In this document: piece after piece, positions 11,453 through 24,330 of the stretch
Numbering within the stretch: position 1 is the first letter of the stretch
Layout: each line of letters begins with the position of its first letter
Origin: Takakia lepidozioides
Lineage: Eukaryota; Plantae; Bryophyta
Assembly: GCA_030704615.1 (NCBI GenBank)
Contig: CM060731.1
Span: 37,324,001 to 37,388,000 of the forward strand
Direction of reading: 5' to 3'
Length of the DNA: 64,000 bases
Translations under genes and position numbers: made by a program
The notes under the pieces: model-generated
The model's input: only the letters and a program-made list of their open reading frames with translations
Told to the model about the DNA's origin: nothing
The model's database searches: none

Positions 11453-14154
11453 ATGATTCGGTACGTCACCACTGAGGTAAGAAATCTCCACAACTCTACT
11501 TTGAAGCGGATCAATATTTTCCCAATCGAGATTTGTACTTGAACTGTAACTCACAACCTATTTCACTCTTATATTTCTTTCCTAGGTTATTGGGCATGAG
11601 ATGAACAACAAAGTGATTCAGTCTTACATCTAGCTGTTGTTTGGAAGTGAGACTTGTTCTTTTCATCCCTCTTCTCTTCCTCCAGCTCCAGACAGCCAAG
11701 TGAAGAGGTATTTCCCAGATGAGTGGAAGTGGAAGTCCCTGTGAATTGGGCATTTTCTCTACATATAGCAGAGTGATCCTGGGTTCAATCCTTGGACAGC
11801 CCTGCATAGGAGCAACCTGTGTGCCTGCAGCTGGACACTGATTCGTAGGCTAAGTGAGATCTTTTTGCTGTCTCCAAAGAGTGCTCAAAGGAATTCTGTT
11901 TTTCTCTCTCTTCATAAGAAGATCACAAATGCTTAGAGCTGCTAGTGCTCAGCATATCTGCATGAGCGCTGGTAATATTGGTTTTTGGACTTAGTGTTCT
12001 TCTTTCATGCTTTCTTTTGTCCCGTAAGCTCCAGCTTGAGAGCTCTTTCAGCTTTCTGGAACTCACTACCAACTCATCATCAGCATTTCTTCTCTTTAGC
12101 TTTGTGATCTCAATAACTCTTGTGCAGTGCTGCATGTGACGTTTGCCTTGTCTCTTGGAGTCAATTCGGAAATTGTTGAGTCACAGCAATTTCTCTGTAC
12201 TGGTGGTGAAGTGGAGCTGCCATGCTTACTTGAACAAGCTTTCGTTGATGTACATGTAGGCTTCGCCTAATTGTCTCTATGAGTTGAGTCAAAATATCCT
12301 GTGCCTTAGTGCTCAATGAAATTGCTTTGTTGCTGTGAAATTGTGTTGGCACTGTGGACTTGGGACCTATCATGTCTCTGATTTCACTCCCATACAGTAA
12401 TACATTTCTTTTCTTTATCTCTTCACCTTGCGTATTACCACTGATACGGCTTGCCAACTCAAATTCTTTGTTTCCTGATTTATGTGTGTATTTCAGCACT
12501 AGAGCAGGTAGTCCAGTGGTTGTGTGTTTGTGCCTTGCCTGGGAGTAACCTAGGTGATCTAGGGTTCAAAGTGTCTACCTTCCAAGTACGGAAGGCAGTA
12601 GTCCTTCGGGATAAAGAGAGTGTCATTTACTCCTCCGGAAGGAGTCACAGTTTTGGACTACTGGAAAAAATTAACCCTGATTGTTGCTAATTTATAGCAA
12701 GAGTCTTCAGAGAGTCTTCATATTCTAAATATGATTGAGCATTAGGCTTTTGTTGGCTTGAGAATTCCGTGAGATTTATTTTCTGTAGAGAACTGATCTA
12801 GAAGTACCTTAGACTTGACCTCTGAAACCAGACTGAGGCCTTGAGCTGCTTGATCATTGAGAGCCAGAGCTGCTTGATCATTGAGAGCCAGTTGTGCTTA
12901 AATATAATCTTAGACGTATTCATGAATAAATGTGTTATTATTCTTGGGATGATTATGTGAGTTCTTTGCCGATTGAACTTCTACTCAAATTAACCTGGTG
13001 TTTGATTTTGACAAGATTCGAGTTTGGTTTCACTTCGTAATTTTGGAGTATGCAGACAAACGAGGTGGAGGATAAGAATGAAATTGTTAATCAGGAAGCC
13101 CGCTTTACTCACAACTTTAAGAACTGCTCCTCTCTGAAGGTAATTGGGCCAAATTGCTTAATCCAGTGAATCGAATTACAAGTAAAGTTAGCATTACTTT
13201 TGACAGGAGAGGCTGTCGGCCACCACTACTTGAAGCATCCCTGCCTGAGCTATAGGTATGTGACCGGGGGTAGCCGACCTTGCAATGTTCTTGAAAACCA
13301 CCATGCAGGAGTGGGAGTTGTACTGCATTAATTGAAGCATCCCTCATCCAGAAACCCCTCAACATATTATGTCACAGGGCCAGAGTAATTAGCCTTCAAC
13401 CTCTTTTTTTCTCCCACCAGGATGTGAGGGTCTAGAAACACGGTTACAGGCTCCATAATTGGGGCAAGAACCGCACTTTCAAGGCTGTGAAGGTGTAGGT
13501 TTTTTTTTGTGTCTAAGACCCCCAACTTAATTACAGATAATAAGATCGATGTTGTGGACCTGCTTGCTTCCCCTCAGCTGCTACTAGCTCATAGAACTTC
13601 AACAATTTGGAGTAGGCTTATGAACAGCACGTACTTAGCTTCCTTATGTATAGTTGTGAGGCTTTGAACAGTGGATTTTCTCATCACATGCTCTCTTCAT
13701 GATTGTTTTGTAGACTGTCATGTTAAAGGTGCCCATGTGTTGCGAGAGATGCGTGGATAAAGTGAAGAAGGCTGCACTGGAGGTCAATGGTGAGCTCAAA
13801 TTGAAGTTCTCTGTGGACAAAAATTGTGAATCTAAATTGTGTTTCAATGGGATAGAATGTCTCTAGAATGTACTCATGAAATCTGTTGTATTTTCTTGTT
13901 TTTCTGCAGGTGTTCAAGAGGTTATGTACCAGAAATTGACAAACAAAGTGCTAGTCAAAGGAAACATGGAGCCCCAACAGGTACTTGAAAAAGTAAGGGG
14001 TGTCAGACGATTGGCCAAATACTGGCCTGCCGAAATTAATGATGAGACCAGCAATCTGTCAAGTGATGTCAGTCACTGCAGCTTAAGGTATCTGCTGTAT
14101 AATACAGATCCATCCATTACTAATCCTAATTACATCAAGCACATCAAATATTGA
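11453..14154 (+). CDS. Heavy-metal-associated (HMA) domain protein, HPP/HIPP-like, ~114 aa; exons 11453-11476, 13714-13789, 13910-14154
   Basis: Spliced reading MIRYVTTE|TVMLKVPMCCERCVDKVKKAALEVNG|VQEV…NKVLVKGNMEPQQVLEKVR…AKYWP. GT-AG sites with consistent phases (0, 1). The first exon is the least certain. Confidence 0.85.
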
Positions 14155-17100
14155 TGTGGTAAATCCTTGCAGATTGGTCTTTTACTGTGAACACTGTGTG
14201 CCTTGCTTCGCCTTGAAGAACAGCGCAGTACAAGCAAGCCCTGTGATCATTGTGATCATGACCGCGGAGGCTCCTCGTTGCAGTGTTTTGTGCTATTACT
14301 TAAGTCCTTGGAAGGGCATGGAATTTGATCTAGATCTTGTACTAAGCTCATTATTGTCCATGAGCAGGGAAGATTTGAGTATCTCAGCCTCCCTCATGTT
14401 CAAAAGAAGATCTATGCAGTGGCCTTCATTGTTGTAATTAATTTGTGTTCGGCATGTCAACCTCGTTTTCTGCTGTTTTCTTTCAATTCTTTTGTAACTT
14501 GTAACGTATTGATGTTTTCATACTTCCCCTTCCTTCTCTTCCTCAATGTTGGTCTATCGATACCTAAGTCTAAAGTGTACAAATTAAGGTAATTGTTTCT
14601 CCAAATTTGCGTCCATAGAAAGTTGCTGCAGTGTATGCGCTTTGTTTCCTCAAATATTGAGAGTCAAAGACTTTTGAATCCACTGAATGCAAATGAACCA
14701 GGGTGCTCTTGCAACCACGAGATCATAGCAAGCTCTCAAGATATGTGCTCACGCATATGAGGCCACCATCACCAACAAGCAGCTGCACAGTGCACACCAT
14801 CACGTTGCCTTGTGCATATCTATATAACATGAAGTGTAGCTTTGCTCTTCAGGACAACAGGGACACTCTCTTTTACGAAAATTAAATTTTATTACATCTG
14901 TAGCTGGTAGCCAAATTAGACAAAATTAGTAGGCCATCCTGGGCTCAAACCTTGGCTTCTGAACTGCTTGCAACTAAAAAGAGAATTCTTAGTCTCCTTG
15001 TTTAAGCTTGTTAACTGAATAATGAATGGTTACTAAGCCAGCCCTGTGGTTAGAGCGAAATAACATTCTAGTAGTGGTGGCTATAGTCCACATTTTTCTT
15101 TCTCAAAATTTGACCCATTAAAAATAATATAATATCAATCTTTGAGAAATGTTTTATAGAAAGAATGGCTGCAATATGCATTGGTTGAATTAGTAGCATA
15201 CTGCATGTAGTCGCTGGCAAATTGAAGGGCCAACAAAACGAAGCGGGAAGAAGACTCAACTTGATCTACGCCATGATGAGAGAGAGGATCACCGAAGGAG
15301 AACTGTAGTAACTAGTCTGTCTCTCTCGATTTGTTGATTTGTTCAAGATTATGCAGTTTGATGACTTAATCAGATCACTTGGTTAGCATATTTTTGCTAG
15401 GATCATGAGAACTGATGTTATCATGAATGATCTGGCCTGGGGAGCGGGTTGAAGAGGTAGTGTCCTTGATCTGCAGCAACAGTGGAGGCTATCGGTGATG
15501 CAGAAGTTTTGGGGACTTTTGCAAGGAAATGCTGCGGGAGGAACATTGGAGATTCTTGTCAATGGATCAACGGGTAGTTTTCACTCCGTAAGGATTAAGG
15601 ATCGGGTTACGCCAGTACTGGCAGCTACTTACAAAGGTTGAAGGAGGACATTGTCTTGAGGACAGGCCGGATGGGAGAGAGTATTTTGTACCTGAGAGTC
15701 GGAGAGTATGTTTTAATGGTACACCACATGTTCCAGAGATTAATTGACCTGGTCTTCTAATTAGATGTCATTGCCGGAGCTGCTCAGAGCTGATAAGTAG
15801 CTATGCGGTCGACAGTGTGATTAATTTAGGTCATGTCGTCCACTATACTGATATGTTGATATTCTCATTCATTCGACTCCATGATACAGAGATGCTGTTT
15901 ATCACATTAATGAGCACAAGTAGGTAAATACTCGGATCCCTAGGCTATGAATGAAAACCCAACCTATTAACTTAGCTAGACTCATAATATACTATCTGGC
16001 AGGCATGTCCAGGCAGGCACTCATAATATTGTAGTTGTAATGATTCAATCTAGAACCGTTATGGTGTTACTATGAAGTGAAGTGAAGTTGGTTTGGTCAC
16101 CGGGCAAAGTCTTTCTTGCAGGCAGCTTTCGGGTACTGATAGAGATATTGTTTCCAAGGTCTGTAAGACTAGACGAACTGTATATAACCTCTTGTGTTAT
16201 TTAATCAATTGAAGTCCTGTGACCAGTACTGCTCTTCAGGGCAGATTGTATGTGGAGCTCGGCATATCAGCGGTACAAGCCATGGGCTGTAAGTCATTGA
16301 TCGGCTCAGCAGGCCCGAGACCAGAAATTCACTTCAAAAAACACAGAAGGCGAAAGTTAGTAATTACCCCAATCGTGACCAAAAGAGGGAAAATTTTCTT
16401 TGGAGTACCTAGAAGGCTTCAGACAGTTGTGTTAGCTTTATTCATCTAGCCTCTCTAACACTAAATCCATACAGCCCCTTGTTTGGACTGCATGGAGCTC
16501 AATGTGTGCAATGTTATCACATCATGGCCTCAGTACTTTGGCGGCTGGTCTGTCTGAGTCTGCACTCTAGTCTGGAATCCATATAAGCACTCTGGAAACC
16601 AGTGTACATATCTACTGTTTGCATCTCCAATTGGGACAATATCCTGGGAAGAACTTCTCTCGCTCATGTTTCAAGGAATCTGAACTCCCTACTAAATTGC
16701 CACTGGGCTGAAAGGGGAAAATGCTCGCCCCAAATGCATGGATTATTCAGGACTAATTTCTACCCTATTTCAACCTGTGTAAGAAAAAAACAATCCAAGC
16801 ACTCTCGCTAGGACCTAGAGTTATGGCCCCCAATTCATTGACATCAGCCAGTTTTGACAAACGGATTGACAGTTTTGAAGTTTTTGGACTGGTGTTGAAA
16901 TCTGTATTATGATCCTGGGTTGATCAGGTGTACAACCTTCAACCTTGCCATGAAAAACACCCCAGAAATTTTTTAACGGTTCATTGGCGTGAATTCATTC
17001 TCCACGAATTAGTTGTTACAAGGTACAGGAGCTGATTTGCGATACTTGAAGTTCTGCAGTCTGATGATAGCCCTTTAATAATTAGGTGAGGGACAGGCGG

Positions 17101-17297
17101 CTTAAGAAATTGGCTCATTGTTCTTAAGAACATGAAACAGGAATTATTCGTGAGTTCTGTGATGACTTTAATCAGTGCCCTTGAAGCTAATTAGAGACAA
17201 CTAGGTCGACCGACAACTGTTTGCTATCAGAGAAATTGGGTACCCTCACGTACCAGCTCATCAGCTTGCCTTTACTTTCTCAGTCCGGAGGCGGATG

Positions 17298-20200
17298 TCA
17301 CGGACTCAGGACCTTTCCTTTCCGCCAGCGTTTCCGCCGGTTAATGAACCAGTCAGTCACCTGCTTCCGCTTCAGCCCGGTCAGTCGCATAATTTCCTCC
17401 TTCTCCTTCTCCTGCAGCGTAGATACACGCGTACACAACAATCATCGTAAGGTGCACAATAACTTAATCGAACTAAAGATATGATTTAGATCGACAGATG
17501 CAATAAAAGTTACATTCAACTGTGCACGCGCTGGTGCATAATCTGGTTGGATACGTGCACGTTTACCGTTGGATAAGGCCATTGGCTGTTCTCATTCCAC
17601 CAGGCTTTCATTACGGACGTGGCAGCTTCCGGCAACTTGACACTCTTAATCCGCTTGCGCAGTATCTCGTCCCCAGCATCCCCACTTTCCTGTCCGTATC
17701 CCTGCTGCACATGCAGGCCAGTATGTGAAATACAATCACCTCTACTCATGCGTATTTGAACACCATCGTTTAACCTTTATCGATCTAATATCAGGATCTA
17801 AAATTGGTACCCGACCCTTGCTTAAGAATTTCAGTGCATCGAAATGGAGCAGTCTTGTTTGTATTAACGGGAAACGTACAAGACACATGTTGAAAGCTGT
17901 TATGCAGGACAGTGATAGAATTATACTCACTAGCCTGACTGAGTTTGATCCTGCAGGTTAAGTAGTAGATACCTAGCCTCTAGTCTAGCCTGACTTCTCC
18001 AGACGCCAACGGCATAAACAACACAATAGTAACTTCTGGAACATTATCAGGACCTTACAAACTTCCCCCGTTCAGCAACCTCGGGTAACGCCTTATCTTT
18101 AAATCAAGGGGCTTGAGAAAATCTTGCACACAAGCATCCTCCTGAGAAGTTACCGTGTGGTCAAATCAGCTAGATGTTATTTGAAAATTTAGTAAGATCG
18201 GACCTACAGCACTAGATATGTTTAGAGAAGTAAGAGGAGCGCTCTATCAGTAAGCAGTGAAGTCAGAATGATAGAGTGCTTGCCTCCTTGAGTTGGGCTT
18301 TGAGCTTCTGGCGTACGCGTTCCAGGGTTTTACGCTCCTCTGTCGTAGTAGGTTCCAGTGGCCCGAAACCCTCAGTATTATGTTCATGGGCGTCTAAGTT
18401 TGGGTCATATGCAAGAAAATCGCCTTCGTGGTACTCTTCATCGTCTTCATCAGACATGGTAGCTCCTGTGCCATGAACCGTGGATGCTCCTGTGGAGTTC
18501 ACCCATTGTTTTCCAAGAATAAGTAAATGTTGTAATACTTGAGCTCAGCTAAGTATCTAACAATTCCTACAATGATGAACCAGGCACGGAATGCAGCTCG
18601 GCCACTTATAGCTAAACTCTAATTACATCCTGTAGCTAGAGGGAAGCACAATGGCTCGAGCTCAATTTCCTGGAACAGGTGTCTCGAATGCGCATTAGAG
18701 ATGGGTAAATACCCTGGTGGGCTGAGACCGGACCATCGGCCCAAGGAGGTTTAGAACTAGTTAGTTTCCCGCGGGGTCTATACATTCCAGATTAATTTGT
18801 ATATGTCGAACAGCTTACATGGTCTAAATTCGAGAAGGGACATCGACCAGCTCAACTATACTGGAGAGCTTTCGGGGATGGAGAAGTTGTGGGGCCACCC
18901 TATCTAAGTATGTACACGCACAATGGACACGTCCCCACATAACTTCTAGCCAAGTTAATGTCCTTACCTGTCAAACTATAAAGTTGCTGCTCCATGTTCC
19001 AGCTGAAAGCGTCAGCCACATCACCGTCAACATGTTGCTGCAGCCGTTGCCTGAAATCAGTGAGTAGGGAAATGTACTCGACCTGCAAAATCCAAACGAC
19101 AAGTGCTTCAGCAATTAACCTACCTAGGAGCTGCACCATTTGCAACATCTAAACACAGCTTGATGTATATATGCTAGCAAGAAAGTATCTGAATGAAATG
19201 GAGCATCTAGAGCTATTCAAAGAAAGAAGTACCAGTAAATATAGCTCGGCCAAGAACAGAGTCAGATGCTCTGTACTCTTGGAATAGGTCACGCATGCAA
19301 CGTAGAGAACTGAATCTTGAGTATCATTAAATCTCGGCCATATTACGCCATACACACACAGAGAACATGACCCCAACCTCTAAGTTGGCCTAAATAATCT
19401 TGAGCCTCGTCCCCTTCCGGGTACTGGCCCTTTGGGATGTGGGCTCTATCATATTCATGCCATATGTACATATAAATGTCGTTTGCAAAGAACGCACATG
19501 AGCTTTCAGTAGGTGACTCACTCTAAAGCCTACTCTTTACCAAAGACAAAGAAGTGGAAACTTGGTGACTCCAGGTACTGAAATCCTGTCTTCCAGTCAT
19601 CCTATCAGGGGTCCCGTACCATGAACTGATCAAGCTCCGCCGCCTCTTTTGGGCTGATATGAAGCTCGTCGAGGCTCAAAACAGAATACTTCCTGGTTAC
19701 AGTCGGAACCTGTGCCAGCTGCTTGTCAAGGGATGGTAGCTGATCCGCTGATATACCCACCCGCAGGCAGGCAAGATGGGCTGCCAGCAGGTCTGGATAT
19801 AATGGGTGCGCAACAATCATTGCTTTCTGTTTTGCACTTTCCCATTCTGCTCTTTTCCTGAGTTCATTTTCCAAGTTAGCCTGCATGATCACAAAAGGCG
19901 TCCGTTCATTAGGAATATTTATTCAAACACCGAATTTTGCATCCATTTGAGGGAAAATGATCAATGCATCACTGTAGTACCCCAATAAGTAGCCTAGGTA
20001 ATGAGGAGCGGGGAGAAGGGTTGAAAGGTCAGAGGAACAAGGACGGTACCAGGAAAAAATTGTACAACTTTGGAAAACTGAAGACAACATTGACCTCATA
20101 TCACTGGCCAGCCAGTATAGTACAATCACCAATCTAGGGCACTATTGTAAAGACCAGTGCAGTGATCACTGTGATAGAGATACTACTGCTTTCACGTCCC

Positions 20201-21181
20201 ACCGTGATCTATGCTTTGGTATCTACAGCACTATTGTAAAGGACATAGATCTCGAGGATGGAAAAAAAATTCAGTAGTGGTACCTGATAGTCAATACTCT
20301 GCTCATTTGCATTCTCTGTGTCCGGAAAGCCGAAAAACTCCTCTTCGGCCATTTTCCTGGCCTGAGAGACATCCAGTTCACTAGGGATTAGACTCGAATG
20401 GCGACCTGCTAGAGAAATACAAGATCTGCATAAAAGAAGACAATATACTGTAGCAGTAATTTTACTCTTTCAGAACTATAAATCACAAGGAGGATTATAG
20501 TTGTGCTACCTCGTCAAATATCTTCTGATTTGAATGATCATCCTCTCTATCCATTGACTCCATGATATTCAGCTCTCTGTCTCGTCCATCCTGACACAGA
20601 TCCATCTCAGTACTGGCAACATGGTGAGGCCTGCTGAAAGTCGAAGCCATTGGAACTTCACCAAGTTCATCTGGGTTTTGATGAGGCTGGAATATGGCCC
20701 CCTCCGTTGACAGCCAATGTGCATAGCTCTGATTCGCATAAGATGAAGAGCTGCACTCCCCTGGAGGCCGCATCAGCATCCCACAAATGCAATGTAAACC
20801 ACTTGATGCACAAACAGGACAGCATATCTGTGTGTCATCATGACCACCTTGAGTATGAGATTGTGTGTGGTGACCCATTAATGAAGCGTCACTGAACAAA
20901 GCTGGAGCTCCTTGTTTGACGCTGGACTCGTTTTCTGGGCTTCCAAGAAAATGCCCATCTTCCGAGTCTGAATCTACCGTCTTCTCCTTTCCCTTACTAC
21001 CACTGGGTTTGACACTGCATTCCTGCTCTCGGCTTGCAGGAAATTGTCCGTCTTCCGAATCTGAATCTATCAGCTTTTCCTTTCCTTTACTGGGCGGATT
21101 TTGCACTCCGCCCTGAATTTCATAATTCTCCATATAGTCATCTGGCATTTGCTTCTCGTAACTTTCCGTGGGATCAGGCAT
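17298..21181 (-). CDS. KNOX2: Class II KNOX (TALE homeodomain) transcription factor, paralogue A, ~526 aa; exons 21181-20510, 20361-20284, 19880-19620, 19082-18968, 18489-18284, 17701-17567, 17411-17298
   Basis: KNOX1 [23 protein letters not shown]…ELDQFM; KNOX2 LQQHV…WNMEQQLYSLTG; class [10 protein letters not shown]…GFGPL…ERVRQKLK; homeodomain KLP…WW…WPYPT|EKEK…WFINRRKR. All exon phases join. Exons 1-2 are less certain. Confidence 0.88.
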
Positions 21182-21789
21182 GGTGAGGGGATCTTCGCTC
21201 TGAGAAACCCTAGAACAGAAGTCTGACCTGAAGGTTCAAGACATCACGAATAAGTACAAACATGGTCCTACACAGCTCAGGCTTTAGTTCCATTCTAAGT
21301 TCGAAGGGCCAAACTTCAACTGGATACATTACTCTAGGAAGTTTTGAATCTCTGTTTGAATCCTTCTTCTTCAGGAAGTGTCTGAAACTGTGTATGGGTA
21401 CACCTAAAGACTAAAAGTGACAATCAGCTAGTTCTGGGGTTGTATTACATGCGAGTCCTGTCATTTACTCAGAAGCTCAGGTGTTGATTTCCTGATAGAT
21501 ATGCCTAAGTCTCCTCTGTGGCTCAAATCTACTTCCAGGTGTCCCTTCTGCACAAGTATTAGAACATACCAAAGGCTCACTTGAGCGTAGATGTGTAGCC
21601 ACAGAGAGCTGATGCATCATGGGTGTTCCCTACATGACAGTAAATAGTATATAGCATCTGATGACTGCAACAAGACCACCTGGAAGTACCATTGGGCAGG
21701 TTTGTGAAAAGCACCTGTAGCTGGTGGGACAGGTCTAAATGATCTGCGTCTGTATGGCTCAATATGGCTGCAGTTTATTCGATGAGGTT

Positions 21790-22245
21790 GGCATGATTTA
21801 GGTCCAAGAAAAACAATACCACAGACAATAGATCAGCTTTGAGCAATGAGACTACCAAGCTTGACATTTTCACTTCTCTTCTCTGTTCACAAGACAAAAG
21901 GAGAGATCAGCAAATACCACAGACAATAGATCAGCGTAGAGCAACGAGACTACCAAGCTTGAGATTTCCACTTCTCTGGTCACAAGAGCGAAGGGGAGGT
22001 CAGCATACCAGAGACGATTATAGATCGATTATAGATCGGATTAGAGCAATGAGACTACGAAGCTTGAGATTTCCACGTCTCTGCTCACAAGACCATCGAC
22101 GGAGAGCTGATCAGCTTCACATTCATGATTTAGGTCCAAGAAAAACAACACCACCGAATAAAGATCAGCTTAGAGCAATGACCCTACGAAGCTTGAGATT
22201 TCCACTTCTGTGCTCAGAAGACGAAAGGAGAGATAGTCGACCACA
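21790..22245. repeat. Degenerate tandem repeat in the probable 5' UTR intron of KNOX A
   Basis: Four GATCAGCTTAGAGCAATGAGACTACGAAGCTTGAGATTTCCAC-like units; counterpart at ~51500-51900. Confidence 0.8.
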
Positions 22246-23304
22246 TGTGAGGTCATTGCAAAAGGACGCCCAAGCTTACCTGTAAGCATATCACGCAACA
22301 CAAAGCCACAATCCAACAGAGCTCTTCTGGTTCAACGGAAAACTGAAAGAGATCTCTCAGCCCCATTCCAGCAGAGGTGATAAGCTTTGATTTCACACAG
22401 AAGGAGGGCGGCAGCAGGCGGGAAGAAGGCCGTGAAGCGTGCCGGGCTTGTCACTGTGACGGAACATTTCGCGCATGCCAACCAAATGTCTGGCCTTTCA
22501 CGATTCCCATTGGGCAGGTATCTTCTCCGCATCAATACCCCAGCCGTACCCACTCAACACATTTCAAACTCTCAGTTTTTTTTCTTTGCAAGATTCGTTT
22601 GTCCGGTGGGCTAATTAGGGTTTTTGCAACCAAACCAAATCTGAGACCTTTTCTGTCGTATTATTTCCCCACTGTTGCTTTTCTTGCTGGACATGTTCCT
22701 GTAGTGTAGGTAACCCAAGTAGAGATTGAAAGAATCTTTGCTAGAGAACTTAGGTTACACTTACTACTTACTCTGCTTTGACGATGGGAATAGTGTGCAT
22801 CTAACAATATGAGTACTCATTATTGGTATGAAGATCATGTAGTTGAAGCTTTCTCTCATTGTGATGTCTACTTGACTCTCTAATTTATGTAACCTCTGTA
22901 CAAGTCATATCCAGAGGTCCTGTGAAATAAGGTGAGGTTTTGGTGCAAAAAGTTTTGAGATTTGGAAGGTTGGCACCATCTCAAACCTCCCAGGATAAAT
23001 ATCAGCAGTTACATATTTAGCAATCGAATGAATTTTCAACAAGAATCGACCTCCTCATGTACCGCACCCTGTAATGTAGTTTTGAACCCAAGATCACATT
23101 CAAGGTAATCTTGAACTAGGCCGTCAATACTGTTTCAGAGACTTCTCCTGCACACCGCAGCCGCCATAGATTCTTGCAACCCTCAACAGACGCACTGATC
23201 CAACTCTAACTCCAAATGTGGCGTGGTGCCTTGCCAACCCGAGTTTCTGAAAAGCAATCTGATCCAAGTGAATATCATCAATCTGGCTGGTCCAACATGC
23301 AGTC

Positions 23305-24330
23305 TCCACTACATGTCCACAATTCAGGAAGCTAGCACAGCAAGACCACCATAGAACACATGTGTGAAAATAAGCGCAAGTGGGTCGCTCAGTGATGCAT
23401 AAGCTGCAGCTGTATGTGTCCCAGCTTGGTTTTGGAAGGGAGCTGCATGTGAAGGTTGCTCACAATGATTCATTGAATGCGACTGTAACTGCAGTCCCTT
23501 TTCTTTTATATATATATGTACACATAATAATTTTGTCCTTCCATTTTGGACGGGAGTGCAGTCACTGGGCTGTATTAAGTCAGTAGTCAAATGGCATATG
23601 ACCACTTCGATGCAGAAATAGATTTAGAGCTCCACCATTTACAGATGATCACAGTTTTGGCACCCACCTTGTAGATGTCATGTGGCATTCTTATTCCAAG
23701 CTCTAGAGCCACTCAACATGCTTTCTCTCAGTTGGACTCTGGTTTTTCAGGGTTGTTCAGCTAATTGATGATAGACCTAGGAAAATGTAATTCGAATTAT
23801 AGTCCAGAAACCAGAACCACTACATGTCCCAAATTCAGTCGGAAGCAAAGCAAAGCAAAGCAAAGCAAGACTACAGTAGAATGCAGGTGTTAAATCAAGC
23901 CCAAGTGCTGCTCAGTGATGCATAAGCTCCAGCTGTATGTGTCCCAGCTTGGTTTTCGAAGGGACCTGCATATGATGGTTGCTCACATTGATGCATTGAA
24001 TGCGGCTACAACTGCCAGTTCCTTTTCGTTTATATATACGTGTACACGTAAAAAAAAGGTGTCCGTTCATTTTGGACGGGAGTGCAGTCATTGGGCTGTA
24101 TCCCATCAGTACTCAAATGGCAGATGATGACTTTGATGCAGAGATAGAGCTCCACCAACAGTTTTGGCACCCTTTCAGATGTCATATGGCCTTCTTATTC
24201 CAAGAGAGCCACTCAACATGCTTTCTCTCATATTGGACTCTGGTTTTCCAGGGTTGTTCAGCTAAGCTAATTGGTGATAGACTCAGGCAAATGTAATTCC
24301 AATAGTTGAGGAGTCAAGAAACCAGAGCAT
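23305..24330. repeat. Tandem duplication of two ~500-bp units upstream of KNOX A
   Basis: CTCAGTGATGCATAAGCT…GGACGGGAGTGCAGTCA…AATGTAATTC occurs twice; same arrangement at ~53135-54115. Confidence 0.85.

Noticed and set aside
11923-12499. Minus-strand ORFs in the HMA intron
   Set aside because: No motif; probably decayed repeat or chance ORFs.
21839-22285. 148-aa repetitive plus-strand ORF
   Set aside because: Produced by the tandem repeat; the frame is not kept in duplicate copy 2.
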